Source: Acidimicrobiia bacterium (GTDB lineage Bacteria > Actinomycetota > Acidimicrobiia > IMCC26256 > JBMOIJ01). Taken from it: a stretch of 64,000 bases of DNA. The notes under the pieces are model-generated. The model was given only the letters and a program-made list of their open reading frames with translations. It had not been told where the DNA came from and ran no database searches. Shown in pieces: positions 36,548-46,127 of this stretch. Each line of letters opens with the position of its first letter. Position 1 is the first letter of the stretch. The position numbers were made by a program, and so were the translations under genes. Location of the stretch: positions 43,800-107,799 of the forward strand of contig JBMOIJ010000005.1 in NCBI GenBank assembly GCA_049317385.1. Reading direction: 5' to 3'.

Positions 36548-37636
36548 ATGCGTCGTAACCTGTCGATGATGGCACCACGTCCCAGCACGGAAATCCCCGC
36601 CGGCCTCTTGGCCGTGGGCGAACAGGTTTCGGCCTGCATCGACTCGCTCCTCGAGGCCGAGCTCGGACGCTGGTCGCGCGTCGACCCCGATCTGGCGGCG
36701 CCGATCGACTCGTTGGCAGCCCTGGTGCGGGCCGGTGGGAAGCGCTTGCGGCCGGCGTTCTGTCACTGGGCGTACGTGGGAGCGGGCGGCGACCCGGCCG
36801 ACAAGGCGGTCGTGCACGCCGGCGCGGCGCTCGAGTTGCTCCACACGTTCGCACTCGTGCACGACGACGTCATGGACGGTTCGCTCACACGCCGGGGCCT
36901 CCCTGCGGTGCACCGCCAGTTCATGGCTACGCAAGAACGCAACGGGTGGGTCGGCGAGTCGCGGCGGTTCGGCGAGGGCGCAGCCATCCTCATCGGCGAC
37001 TTCGCGTTCGTGTGGTCCGACCTGCTACTCGGCGACGTCACGCCCAGCGTGCGTGCGGTGTTCGACGAGCTGCGCATCGAACTCTGTGTGGGGCAGTACC
37101 TCGACTTGGCGGCGGCGGCCCGCGGCGCGAACGATCTGGAACGCGCTGCGCGCATCGAGCGCTACAAGTCGGGCAAGTACACGGTGGAGCGGCCACTGCA
37201 CCTGGGGGCGGCGCTGGCCGGCCGCTTCGACGAGCTCGCCCCGCACTTCAGCGCGTTCGGCGTGCCGCTCGGTGAAGCGTTCCAGCTGCGAGACGACTTG
37301 CTCGCGATCTTCGGTGACGCCGAAACCATCGGCAAGCCGGTGGGCGACGACCTGCGCGAAGGCAAGCGCACGCCGCTCATCGCCATGGCGGCCGAGCGGG
37401 CGACCGGCGCCGAACAAGCCCTCATCGCCCGCTTGGGCGCACCGGATCTCAGCGACGATGAAGTGCAGGCGCTGACCGACCTGCTCGACCGGTGCGGCGC
37501 CCGTGCTGCGATCGAGGCCCGCATCGACACGCTGGTCGAGGAGTCGCTGGCCGCGCTGGCGGCCGCACCCATCACCGACGAAGCCCGCACGGCCCTCACC
37601 GAACTCGGTGAGTACGTTGCGTGGCGCGACCGGTAA
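36548..37636 (+). CDS. crtE: polyprenyl (geranylgeranyl) diphosphate synthase
   Basis: Inside ORF 36389..37636. Start is ATG 36548, with alternatives 36566 and 36569. First DDxxD motif in LVHDDVMD, second in FQLRDDLL. The gene symbol is inferred from its position ahead of crtI-crtB. Confidence 0.8.
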   Translation: MRRNLSMMAPRPSTEIPAGLLAVGEQVSACIDSLLEAELGRWSRVDPDLAAPIDSLAALVRAGGKRLRPAFCHWAYVGAGGDPADKAVVHAGAALELLHTFALVHDDVMDGSLTRRGLPAVHRQFMATQERNGWVGESRRFGEGAAILIGDFAFVWSDLLLGDVTPSVRAVFDELRIELCVGQYLDLAAAARGANDLERAARIERYKSGKYTVERPLHLGAALAGRFDELAPHFSAFGVPLGEAFQLRDDLLAIFGDAETIGKPVGDDLREGKRTPLIAMAAERATGAEQALIARLGAPDLSDDEVQALTDLLDRCGARAAIEARIDTLVEESLAALAAAPITDEARTALTELGEYVAWRDR

Positions 37637-37642
37637 CGGCTC

Positions 37643-39112
37643 ATGCGGATCGTTGTCATTGGCGCAGGGCTCGGTGGGCTCTCGGCGGCGTGTCACCTCG
37701 TGGGACGCGGGCACGAGGTCACCGTCATCGAACGGGAAGACCGCCCTGGTGGTCGCGCGGGCCAGATCGAAGAACGCGGCTATCGCATCGACACGGGACC
37801 CACTGTGCTCACCATGCTCGACCTCCTCGGGTCCGTGTTCAATGCCGCCGGCGCCGAGCTGACCGATCACCTCACGGTGCGGGCGGTCGATCCCATGTAC
37901 CGCGCCGTCTACGACGACGGTTCGGTGCTGCACGTGCGCGCCGGCCGCGACGCAATGACCGAAGAGATCCGACAGTTCGCCGGAGCTCATGATGCCGCGG
38001 CTTTCGGTCGATTCGCCGACTGGTTGCGAGAGCTCTACGAAGCAGAGCTGCCCAACTTCATCGCCCGCGACTTCAACTCGCCGTTCGATCTCATGCGTTC
38101 GCCGGCGGCGGCGCTCCGGCTCGTTCGCCTCGGTGCGTTCAAGAAGCTGGCGCCCACGGTGGCCTCGTACTTCGATGACGAACGGGTGCAGCGCATTTTC
38201 TCGTTCCAATCGATGTACGCCGGGCTCTCACCCATGGAAGCGCTCGCCGTCTACAGCGTCATCACGTACATGGACACGATCGAAGGCGTGTACTTCCCCG
38301 AGGGGGGCATGCACGCCATTGGGAGCGGGTTGGCTGCGGCGGCGCAGAAAGCCGGAGTCGAGTTCCAGTATCGGGTGAGCGCCGAGCGCATCGTGCGTCG
38401 GCCGAGTGGGGTAGTCGCCGGAGTGCGCTGCACCAACGGCGAGACCATCGACGCGGATGCTGTGGTGTGCAACGTCGACCTTCCGGTGGCGTACCGCCAA
38501 CTGCTCGGCACCGAGCCGCCGCTGGTTGCGCGTCGCGGCCGCTACTCGCCGAGTTGTGCGGTGTGGGTGGCGGGGGTGCAGGGGAAGCCGCCGGCAGACG
38601 CCGCGCACCACAACATCCACTTCGGTGGGCAGTGGGAGCGAGCGTTCGACGCGCTGTTGCGTGACGGCACGCGCATGCCGGATCCGTCGATCCTCGTCAC
38701 CATTCCCACCTACGGTGACCCCACGCTTGCGCCCGAAGGTCGCAGCGTCATCTACGCGCTCGAACCGACCCCCAACCTCGATGGTCGCATCGACTGGACC
38801 CGTGACCGCGGTCGTATCCGCGCCGACTTGGTGAACCGGGTCGAGTCGCTCGGCTACCCGGTGCTGGCCGAGGTGGAGCGCTTCACTGACCCACTCGACT
38901 GGGAGGCCCAGGGCATGGAGCGCGGCACGCCGTTCGCGCTGGCGCACCTGTTCCGCCAGACGGGGCCGTTCCGCCCGGCCATCGCGCCCAAGAAGTTCCC
39001 CGGCGTGTTCTTCACCGGTTCGGGCACGCGACCCGGCGTAGGCGTTCCCATCGTGTTGGTGTCCGGACAGTTGACGGCCGAGCGGGTCGACGAGTGGGCG
39101 TCCGCCCGATGA
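37643..39112 (+). CDS. crtI: phytoene desaturase
   Basis: 489 aa. FAD dinucleotide motif VVIGAGLGGLSAA. CrtI-like throughout. Confidence 0.9.
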   Translation: MRIVVIGAGLGGLSAACHLVGRGHEVTVIEREDRPGGRAGQIEERGYRIDTGPTVLTMLDLLGSVFNAAGAELTDHLTVRAVDPMYRAVYDDGSVLHVRAGRDAMTEEIRQFAGAHDAAAFGRFADWLRELYEAELPNFIARDFNSPFDLMRSPAAALRLVRLGAFKKLAPTVASYFDDERVQRIFSFQSMYAGLSPMEALAVYSVITYMDTIEGVYFPEGGMHAIGSGLAAAAQKAGVEFQYRVSAERIVRRPSGVVAGVRCTNGETIDADAVVCNVDLPVAYRQLLGTEPPLVARRGRYSPSCAVWVAGVQGKPPADAAHHNIHFGGQWERAFDALLRDGTRMPDPSILVTIPTYGDPTLAPEGRSVIYALEPTPNLDGRIDWTRDRGRIRADLVNRVESLGYPVLAEVERFTDPLDWEAQGMERGTPFALAHLFRQTGPFRPAIAPKKFPGVFFTGSGTRPGVGVPIVLVSGQLTAERVDEWASAR

Positions 39113-39969
39113 CCGTCACGCTCGAGGCCAGTTACGCCCGGTGCAAGGAACTCAACAAGCGGTACGGCACCACGTACTACGCCGCCACGTTGCTGCTCCC
39201 GAGGGTGAAGCGTCACCATGTGCACGCCCTCTACGGGTTCTGTCGGTACGCGGATGACATCGTCGACGATCTCGGTCCGGTACCGGCCGACGTGCGGGCC
39301 AAGGCGTTGGGCGACTTCGGTGACCGCTTCTTCGCCGACCTCGCTCGCGGGGCCAGCGATGATCCGGTCTGCAAGGCGGTGGTGCACACCACCAAGGCGT
39401 TCGACTTGGACCCCGAGGTGTTCCGCCGGTTCCTGCGCTCGATGACGATGGATCTCACGGTCTCCGAGTACCCCACGTTCGACGACCTGCTCGACTACAT
39501 GGACGGGTCAGCGGCCGTCATCGGCGAGATGATGCTGCCCATCTTGGAACCCTCGGATTTCGACGCTGCGCTGCCGGGTGCACGCGCACTCGGAATCGCC
39601 TTCCAACTCACCAACTTCATCCGTGACACCGGTGAGGACCTCGCCCGCAACCGGGTGTACCTCCCGTGCGAGGACTGGGAACGATTCGACGCTGATCCCC
39701 ATCGCCGCTTCGTCGACGATCAATGGCGCGCGCTGTTGCGCTTCGAGATCGAGCGCACCAATGAGTACTACCGAGAGGCGGATACGGCCGTGCGGTACCT
39801 GCCGCCGGTGTCGGCCCGCTGCATTCGCGTGGCGCGTCAGCTCTACTCCGAGATCCTCGAGCGGGTGGTGGCCAACGATTACGACGTGTTCTCCCAGCGG
39901 GCGCAGGTGCCGGGCTGGCGCAAGACTGCGGTGGTTGGGGCGGCCTACCGCCCGCACTGGAGGGCCTGA
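39109..39969 (+). CDS. crtB: phytoene synthase
   Basis: ATG 39109 (ATGA overlap with the crtI stop). YGFCRYADDIVDD and FIRDTGEDLARNRVYLP are squalene/phytoene synthase motifs. Confidence 0.9.
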   Translation: MTVTLEASYARCKELNKRYGTTYYAATLLLPRVKRHHVHALYGFCRYADDIVDDLGPVPADVRAKALGDFGDRFFADLARGASDDPVCKAVVHTTKAFDLDPEVFRRFLRSMTMDLTVSEYPTFDDLLDYMDGSAAVIGEMMLPILEPSDFDAALPGARALGIAFQLTNFIRDTGEDLARNRVYLPCEDWERFDADPHRRFVDDQWRALLRFEIERTNEYYREADTAVRYLPPVSARCIRVARQLYSEILERVVANDYDVFSQRAQVPGWRKTAVVGAAYRPHWRA

Positions 39970-39970
39970 A

Positions 39971-40321
39971 ATGCGGTGGATTGGTGTTGCCGTGCTGTTC
40001 GTCGTCGCGGTGCTCGGCGTGAGCGCGTGCTCGGGGAGCAACGACGGGGCACCGCCGGCGCCGGCGGGGAACGCACAGCTCACCCGGGGCCGTGCCATCT
40101 GGGTCGAGCGCTGCGCTCGGTGTCACGGCGTGTCGGGTGGTGGGGCTATTGGACCCCAGCTCTCGAACGGCAAGGTGACGGCGAAGTACCCGACTCCGGA
40201 GGGCGAGATCCAGGTGGTCACCAAGGGGCTGGGCAGCATGCCGGCCTTCGGGAACACGTTGTCGAAGGACGACATCGCTGCCGTGGTGGCCTACACCCGT
40301 GAGGTCTTGGCCACCCGCTGA
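39971..40321 (+). CDS. c-type cytochrome lipoprotein
   Basis: ATG 39971, 1 nt after the crtB stop. Lipobox LGVSAC, heme motif CARCH, and a likely axial Met in GSMPAFG. Confidence 0.75.
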   Translation: MRWIGVAVLFVVAVLGVSACSGSNDGAPPAPAGNAQLTRGRAIWVERCARCHGVSGGGAIGPQLSNGKVTAKYPTPEGEIQVVTKGLGSMPAFGNTLSKDDIAAVVAYTREVLATR

Positions 40322-40803
40322 GCTGACGCCGGCCGAGTGATTCGGTCGGGAAGGGGCGCGTCGGGCGCCGCCGCGCGGGTGCGGAGCTCGGCGGGAACCA
40401 CGGGAGCCAGGAAGCCGTACGGCGCGGCGCCAAAGACGTGGTGCACGTTGTGGGACTCGCGCCAATATCGCGCCACCGTTGGTGACACCCGAATGAACGG
40501 CACACGCGCATGGATGATCACGTCATGCACGATCATGTACGCAATGCCGTAGGCGGTGATGCCAGTGCCGATGGGCATGAGGAACCACAGGCCGGGCACG
40601 AAGGCGCCGAGCGCGAACACGCCGATGGTGATGAGCGAGAACACCACGGGGAACAGATCGTTGCGTTCGAAGCGGCCGCGCGGCGGGCGGTGGTGGGTGA
40701 CGTGCCAGCGCGTGCCGAAGCCATGCATCACGAAGCGGTGCGTGAGGGCGGTGATCGGTTCCATGAACAGGAACGTTGCGACGGTGATGACGGCGAAGGC
40801 CAC
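40291..40803 (-). CDS. crtZ: beta-carotene 3-hydroxylase (CrtZ-type, fatty-acid-hydroxylase superfamily)
   Basis: 170 aa. His boxes HRFVMH, HVTHH, HDVIIH and HNVHH. Collinear with Pantoea-type CrtZ as I recall it. Confidence 0.8.
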   Translation of the reverse strand: MAFAVITVATFLFMEPITALTHRFVMHGFGTRWHVTHHRPPRGRFERNDLFPVVFSLITIGVFALGAFVPGLWFLMPIGTGITAYGIAYMIVHDVIIHARVPFIRVSPTVARYWRESHNVHHVFGAAPYGFLAPVVPAELRTRAAAPDAPLPDRITRPASAQRVAKTSRV

Positions 40804-40812
40804 GGATCGATG

Positions 40813-41127
40813 CTACCGAGCCTCGGCGCGCGCGACCGAACGATCCCACGCCATCATGGCGAGCGTCAGCATCGAGAAGCCGAACAGGTAGTCCTCGAAG
40901 GGAATGTCCCAGGGCACCCGAAGACCGGAGAAGCCGTCGGGGGAGTAGATCACGATGGGGGCCGACAACTTGGTGAGCCACCCGTCGACCGCGATCATGA
41001 ACGCGTAACAGATGGCCAGCGCGATCCAGAACGCCGGCTGGCGGAAGATTCCGGTCTTCCACCACGCGAACTCCAGGACCACGACCGCGGCAATCGACAC
41101 GAGCGCGATGAGCGTGTACTCACCCAC
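40813..41127 (-). CDS. lycopene cyclase domain protein (heterodimeric CrtYc/Yd type), subunit 2
   Basis: 104 aa with 3 TM helices. GTG start overlaps the upstream stop by 8 nt. PFEDYLF motif. Confidence 0.75.
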   Translation of the reverse strand: MGEYTLIALVSIAAVVVLEFAWWKTGIFRQPAFWIALAICYAFMIAVDGWLTKLSAPIVIYSPDGFSGLRVPWDIPFEDYLFGFSMLTLAMMAWDRSVARAEAR

Positions 41128-41494
41128 GGCTGGTCACCTTCACGAACGGCAGGCGTAACCGGTTGCGTCGCTCGGGTTCGATGATGTTGCGGACCGCTTC
41201 GAGCGTGAGCAGTCCGCAGATGGGGATGGCCAGGAAGAACGCGACCTCTTCGACCGGGATGTCGACGAGCGGTAGCCGCCAGCCGGTGGTGTAGCGCGCC
41301 GAGAACGACCACGTGCCCCGACTGATGGCCCAGGCGTCCCAGATGCAGAACGCCACGAGCACTGGCACCATGGCAGCCAGGAGCCGGCGGGGGCGTCGCC
41401 ATACGCGGGCGCCGAACCAGAACTCGAGCGGCAACGTGATCACCAGGCAGCCCGCCATCAAGAGCAGGTATTGGAATCGGTCCACCGGTTGCAT
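41120..41494 (-). CDS. lycopene cyclase domain protein (heterodimeric CrtYc/Yd type), subunit 1
   Basis: 124 aa with 3 TM helices. IPVEEVAFF motif. Confidence 0.75.
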   Translation of the reverse strand: MQPVDRFQYLLLMAGCLVITLPLEFWFGARVWRRPRRLLAAMVPVLVAFCIWDAWAISRGTWSFSARYTTGWRLPLVDIPVEEVAFFLAIPICGLLTLEAVRNIIEPERRNRLRLPFVKVTSRG

Positions 41495-41531
41495 TCTCCC
41501 TCACCGGCTCGTCGCCGCTAGCGTCCCTCGG

Positions 41532-42479
41532 GTGCCAGATCCTGCAATCGTCGTCCGTGAGCTGTCCAAGCACTACGGGCCCGTGCGCGCACTGGATGGC
41601 CTCTCGCTCACGATCGAGCGGGGGCAGGTGTTCGGACTGCTGGGCCCCAACGGCGCCGGCAAGACCACCACCGTGGAGACGCTCGAGGGCTACCGCCAGC
41701 CGGACTCAGGCCAGGTGGCCGTCCTCGGAGTCGACCCCTGGCGTGACGGCGATCGGCTCCGCCCTCGCATCGGCGTGATGCTCCAGGCCGGTGGCCTCCA
41801 ACCCGGTATCAAGGTCATGGAGGCGCTACGACTCTTCGCCGCCTTCTACGCCGACCCCGAGGATCCCGTCGCCTTGCTGGCCACCGTCGGGTTGGCCGAC
41901 CACGCGAAGTCCCAGGTCCGCCGGCTCTCGGGCGGCCAGGCGCAGCGCCTCTCGCTCGCCCTTGCGCTGATCGGGCGTCCGGAGTTGGTGTTCCTCGACG
42001 AACCCACTGCGGGCATGGATCCCCACGCGCGTGCCACCACCTGGAAGTTCATCCGCTCACTGCGGGGCCGGGGGGTCACCGTGGTGCTCACCACTCACGC
42101 CATGGACGAGGCCGAGGCGCTCTGCGACCAGCTGGCCATCATCGACCATGGGCGCGTCGTGGCCCAGGGCACGCCGGCCGAGCTCACCGGCGCCCATGCC
42201 GGTTCCGAGGTGCGCTTCCGTGCCAAGCCGGGCATTGATCTCGACGCCTTGGCCGCGGGCCTCGAAGTGGAACGCTCGCTGGTGCACGCCGAGCATGCCG
42301 ACGAGTACGTCGTCGACATCGATGCCAGTCCCGCGCTCGTGGCTCGTCTGGCCATCTGGATGCGTGATCAGGACCTTGCCATCGAGGAACTCAACACCGG
42401 TCGCCGTTCGCTCGAAGAGGTGTTCCTCCGACTCACCGCCGAGAGCGCCGCAACCGTGGCGTCGGGGGTGATCGCGTGA
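41532..42479 (+). CDS. ABC transporter ATP-binding protein (ABC-2 type)
   Basis: GTG 41532. Walker A GPNGAGKTT, signature LSGGQAQRL, Walker B LVFLDEPT. Confidence 0.9.
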   Translation: MPDPAIVVRELSKHYGPVRALDGLSLTIERGQVFGLLGPNGAGKTTTVETLEGYRQPDSGQVAVLGVDPWRDGDRLRPRIGVMLQAGGLQPGIKVMEALRLFAAFYADPEDPVALLATVGLADHAKSQVRRLSGGQAQRLSLALALIGRPELVFLDEPTAGMDPHARATTWKFIRSLRGRGVTVVLTTHAMDEAEALCDQLAIIDHGRVVAQGTPAELTGAHAGSEVRFRAKPGIDLDALAAGLEVERSLVHAEHADEYVVDIDASPALVARLAIWMRDQDLAIEELNTGRRSLEEVFLRLTAESAATVASGVIA

Positions 42480-43207
42480 GTGCGCGCGCCATTGCCGCTC
42501 AGAGCCGGATGGAACTCGCGCTCACGTTGCGCCGCGGCGAGAGCTTGGTCGTCACGTTGTTCATCCCCGTGGGCGTCCTCGTGCTGTTCTCCAAGATCAC
42601 TCCGGTCAAGACCACGTCCGCCGACGCGCTCGATTTCTTGGTACCTGGGGTGCTCGCACTTGCGGTGATCGCGACGTCCATGGTGAGTCTCGGTATCGCT
42701 ACTGGATTCGAACGGCGTTACAACGTGTTGAAGCGCCTGGGGGCCACACCCCTGTCTCGGCGGGGCTTGCTCATCGCGAAGAGCTGCAACGTGTTGGCCA
42801 TCGAAGCGCTCCAGGTCGCGGTGATCGTCGTTGTTGCGGTGGCGTTGGGCTGGCATCTCACCTGGCGCATCATCCCGGCGGTGGCGGTCCTGGCCGTGGG
42901 TTCGGTGGCGTTCTCGGGACTGGGGTTGCTGTTCGCCGGCACGCTGCGCGCCGAGGCGACCCTGGCCATCGTGAACCTGCTCTACCTGCTGTTCATCGGA
43001 CTCGGCGGCATCGCGTATCCGTTGAAGGACCTTCCCAACGCGGTGTCGGCCGTCGCCGAAGCCCTGCCGGCCGCGGCACTCGCGCAATCGGTGCGAGCCG
43101 TGCTCGAACCGGGCCCCGGTACCTTGGGAGGTCCGCTGGCAGTGCTGGTCGTGTGGGCAGCCGTGACGCCGTTCTTGGCCTCCCGGTACTTCCGCTGGGA
43201 AGAGTGA
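42476..43207 (+). CDS. ABC-2 type transporter permease
   Basis: GTG 42476 (GTGA overlap with the ATPase stop). Six-TM profile. Confidence 0.8.
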   Translation: MSARAIAAQSRMELALTLRRGESLVVTLFIPVGVLVLFSKITPVKTTSADALDFLVPGVLALAVIATSMVSLGIATGFERRYNVLKRLGATPLSRRGLLIAKSCNVLAIEALQVAVIVVVAVALGWHLTWRIIPAVAVLAVGSVAFSGLGLLFAGTLRAEATLAIVNLLYLLFIGLGGIAYPLKDLPNAVSAVAEALPAAALAQSVRAVLEPGPGTLGGPLAVLVVWAAVTPFLASRYFRWEE

Positions 43208-43234
43208 GCGGGCGACGCTCGTCACAAGCGCCGG

Positions 43235-43843
43235 TCAGCGCGTGAGTTCGTCGAGCGACTTGGCGCTTACGGTGCCGAACGTGCGATGGGTGATGACCCC
43301 GTTCGCATCGATGACGAAACTCTGCGGAATGGCACGCACGCCGTATGACACCGCGACGGCGCTCTTCTGGTCGACGAGGAGCGGCCACGTCGCGCGCTCC
43401 TTCGCGGCGAAGTCGCGCGCGTCGGTTTTGTTGTCCTGGTAGGTGACACCGAGTACTACGACGTCTGGGTGTGTCGACGCGAACTGTCGGAGCGCCGGGA
43501 ACTCCTCACGGCACGGTACGCACCACGACGCCCAGAAATTGATGACGACGGTCTTGCCGCGCTGGTCGGCGAGCGCAACGTCACCTCTCCCGTCGAGCCG
43601 AGGCAGCGTGAAGTTCGGTGCCGTTGTCCCTTCACGGGCGACGCCGGCCGCGCTGACTTGCGGGGGAGTGCCCCCGACGCGGGGGACTGATGATCCGTCG
43701 TTGCGCGTCAGGACGACGGCCGCAGCGCCGCCGGCAACCAGCACGACTGCGATGACCACCGCCAACAGCAGTGGCGCACGCCGACGCGGCGGCGGGGGCG
43801 GAGCGGGCGGCTCAGCGACCGAGGAGGATGACGTCGGCAGCAA
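43235..43843 (-). CDS. TlpA/ResA-like thiol:disulfide oxidoreductase, membrane-anchored
   Basis: Thioredoxin fold with WASWCVPC and a signal-anchor helix LLLAVVIAVVLVAGG. No ATG or GTG lies between the ctaB stop and the anchor helix. The start is tentatively TTG 43843, which overlaps the ctaB 3' end by 32 nt. Confidence 0.7.
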   Translation of the reverse strand: MLPTSSSSVAEPPAPPPPPRRRAPLLLAVVIAVVLVAGGAAAVVLTRNDGSSVPRVGGTPPQVSAAGVAREGTTAPNFTLPRLDGRGDVALADQRGKTVVINFWASWCVPCREEFPALRQFASTHPDVVVLGVTYQDNKTDARDFAAKERATWPLLVDQKSAVAVSYGVRAIPQSFVIDANGVITHRTFGTVSAKSLDELTR

Positions 43844-44837
43844 GGGCGATGAACGTCCCGGCGAGATACACGTTGGAGATTGAGAAGAGCCGAATGGCTG
43901 CGCTGGGCTCGGGGTTGCGTCGCAGACGGAGCGACTCGAACACGAACCACGCGCCGAGCAGGGTCGCAGTGCCCAGGTAGAGGGCATGCACGGTGGCCAC
44001 GAACGGCAGCAGCAACGACACGCAGACCGTCGCCGCCGCATAGATGACGATCTGGTCCGTGGCGGCCTTCACGCCACGCGTGACGGGCAGCATGGGAAAC
44101 CCGCCGCTGCGGTAGTCATCCAAGTAGCGGATTGCCAAGGCCCAGAAGTGCGCCGGCGTCCACATGAAGACCAGTGCGAACAGCACCCAGGCCGGCGCGG
44201 CGAGCGATCCGGTGACGGCCGCCCACCCCACGAGTACGGGCCCCGCTCCGGCTGCACCGCCGATGACGATGTTCTGGTCGGTTCGAGGTTTGAGCCAGAT
44301 CGTGTACACGAACACGTAGAACAGCGCTGACGCGAGCGCGAGCAGCGCAGCCAACAGGTTGGCGGTGGACCACAGAATCGCGAACGCGATCGCCTCCAGC
44401 ACCAGACCGAATCCCAACGCAGTGCGCGGTGAGATGGTGCGACTGGGCAACGGGCGTCGACGGGTGCGGCGCATCAGTTGGTCGCGGTCGCGCTCGAGGA
44501 ACGAGTTCACGGCGTTCGCGCCGCCTGCCGAGCACGTGCCACCGATCAGCACGGCGATCACCAATGAGGTGCGCGGCCAACCATTGGCCGCCAAGACCAT
44601 GGCGGGCACCGTGGTGATGAGGAGCAACTCGATGACCCGTGGCTTGCAGAGCGCCACGAACGTCTTGACGCGTCCCAGGAACCCGGTGCCGCCCGCGATG
44701 GCCTGGAGCCCCGGGCGGTCGTCGGCCGCGGTGGCAGTGGGTTCGTCATCGTGGTGTTCGGTCGGTGCCCGATGGGCCACGGGAACGCCTCTCGGTCGGC
44801 CGGTGAGCAGAGGGCGCCCAGGCGCCCGCCGAACCAT
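43812..44837 (-). CDS. ctaB: protoheme IX farnesyltransferase (heme O synthase)
   Basis: ATG 44837 inside ORF 43812..45155. UbiA-family multi-TM protein. NSFLERDRDQLMRRTRRRPLPS motif. Confidence 0.9.
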   Translation of the reverse strand: MVRRAPGRPLLTGRPRGVPVAHRAPTEHHDDEPTATAADDRPGLQAIAGGTGFLGRVKTFVALCKPRVIELLLITTVPAMVLAANGWPRTSLVIAVLIGGTCSAGGANAVNSFLERDRDQLMRRTRRRPLPSRTISPRTALGFGLVLEAIAFAILWSTANLLAALLALASALFYVFVYTIWLKPRTDQNIVIGGAAGAGPVLVGWAAVTGSLAAPAWVLFALVFMWTPAHFWALAIRYLDDYRSGGFPMLPVTRGVKAATDQIVIYAAATVCVSLLLPFVATVHALYLGTATLLGAWFVFESLRLRRNPEPSAAIRLFSISNVYLAGTFIALAADVILLGR

Positions 44838-44876
44838 GAATCTACCTGGCAGGTGCTGGCCTAGGCTGATCCGCCT

Positions 44877-45203
44877 GTGGCTGACGAAGACGTGAAGCAT
44901 TCCATCCGCATGACGGCCGACCGCCTGCTGGTCGATCCGTCGCCCGAACACGGCGAGCGCAAGTCCCGGGCGGGCATTCTCATTCCGGCCACGGCCGAAG
45001 TGAGCCGCCGGCTGGTGTGGGCCACGGTGAAGGCGGTGGGGCCCACAGTGCGCACCATCGAAGAGGGCGACAAGGTGCTGTTTGCGCCGGACGCCGGTTT
45101 CGAGGTCGAGATTCGCGGCGATGAGTACATCATCTTGCGTGAACGTGATGTGCACGCCGTGGCGTCAGACCGCGATGAAGGCCAGACCGGCCTCTACCTC
45201 TGA
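44877..45203 (+). CDS. GroES (Cpn10) family protein, divergent
   Basis: GTG 44877, 108 aa. The pattern DRLLV...SRAGILIPATA...ATVKAVGP...GDKVLF...YIILRERDVHAV follows the Cpn10 fold. Confidence 0.6.
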   Translation: MADEDVKHSIRMTADRLLVDPSPEHGERKSRAGILIPATAEVSRRLVWATVKAVGPTVRTIEEGDKVLFAPDAGFEVEIRGDEYIILRERDVHAVASDRDEGQTGLYL

Positions 45204-45261
45204 CTCACCCCTGCGGTGCGCTTCAAACGCGCGATATCGACACTCACAAGCGCCCCAATGG

Positions 45262-46053
45262 TTAGGGCTTGGAGTCGAGGGTGACCGGAACTTCGGTGTC
45301 GTGGGGTTTGGGCAGGCTGCCGCCCCGACGCTCGTCGAGGTACTTGCGCACGTCCTCGTAGACCAGGTCGCCCAGCATCTTGCGGAGCTCGGCCTCCATG
45401 GTGATGTACACGGGGTCGTGGCCCACGAACGCCTCGGGTGCTTCGGTGCACCACCAGGCGAACTCCGCGCCGCCTTCGTCCCATGCGGCGCGGTCGTACT
45501 CGGTGAGATACCACACCATGTCGCCGTTCTCTTGCTCCTGGTTGACCAGGCGCAGCGGGAGCTGCCAACACACTTCGGGCTTCACTTCCGCGAAGTGGAT
45601 GCCGGTGCGGTCCGCGTAGTGGTGGAGCGCGCAGCCCACCGGTCCGTCGAACTCGGGGCGGTTGAGGAACACGCACGCGTCATCGACCAGCCGCGTGCGC
45701 CACTGGTTCTTGCCGATCTTCTCGGCGATGCCCTGGACGTCGCCGATCTTCTTGAACTGCCATTCGTCGGCGTTGAGGTGTTTCGCGGCCTCGACGACGT
45801 GGTCGAGGTCCGCCTTGTCGGTGAGGTAGGCGCCGTGCGAGCAGCACCCCTCCATGAGTTCGGGCGTCTTGGTGTCGCGGTTGCCCTGGCAGCCGTTCCC
45901 ATAGATGCACGTCCACCCCGAGGCCAAGAACGTGACGTCGACGCGCCAGGTGCAGTCGTCGTGCTCGTGGTCTTCGAAGTCGACCCACTCGCGGCGGGGG
46001 CCGGCGATGCGATCGGGGCGGAGATCCGTCTTCTTTTGCTTCTTCTTTCCCAT
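45262..46053 (-). CDS. hypothetical Cys/His-rich protein (263 aa)
   Basis: ATG 46053 inside ORF 45262..46110. Lys-rich N-terminus MGKKKQKK. Multiple Cys residues (CIYGNGCQG, GCCSHG, CALHH). Family not confidently recognised. Confidence 0.55.
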   Translation of the reverse strand: MGKKKQKKTDLRPDRIAGPRREWVDFEDHEHDDCTWRVDVTFLASGWTCIYGNGCQGNRDTKTPELMEGCCSHGAYLTDKADLDHVVEAAKHLNADEWQFKKIGDVQGIAEKIGKNQWRTRLVDDACVFLNRPEFDGPVGCALHHYADRTGIHFAEVKPEVCWQLPLRLVNQEQENGDMVWYLTEYDRAAWDEGGAEFAWWCTEAPEAFVGHDPVYITMEAELRKMLGDLVYEDVRKYLDERRGGSLPKPHDTEVPVTLDSKP

Positions 46054-46127
46054 CGCCGGGCAGCGTAACAATGGCTGTCTCATGAGGCGCGTACTGTCGG
46101 CGGGTCGCACCGACGGAAGGTGAGCTG

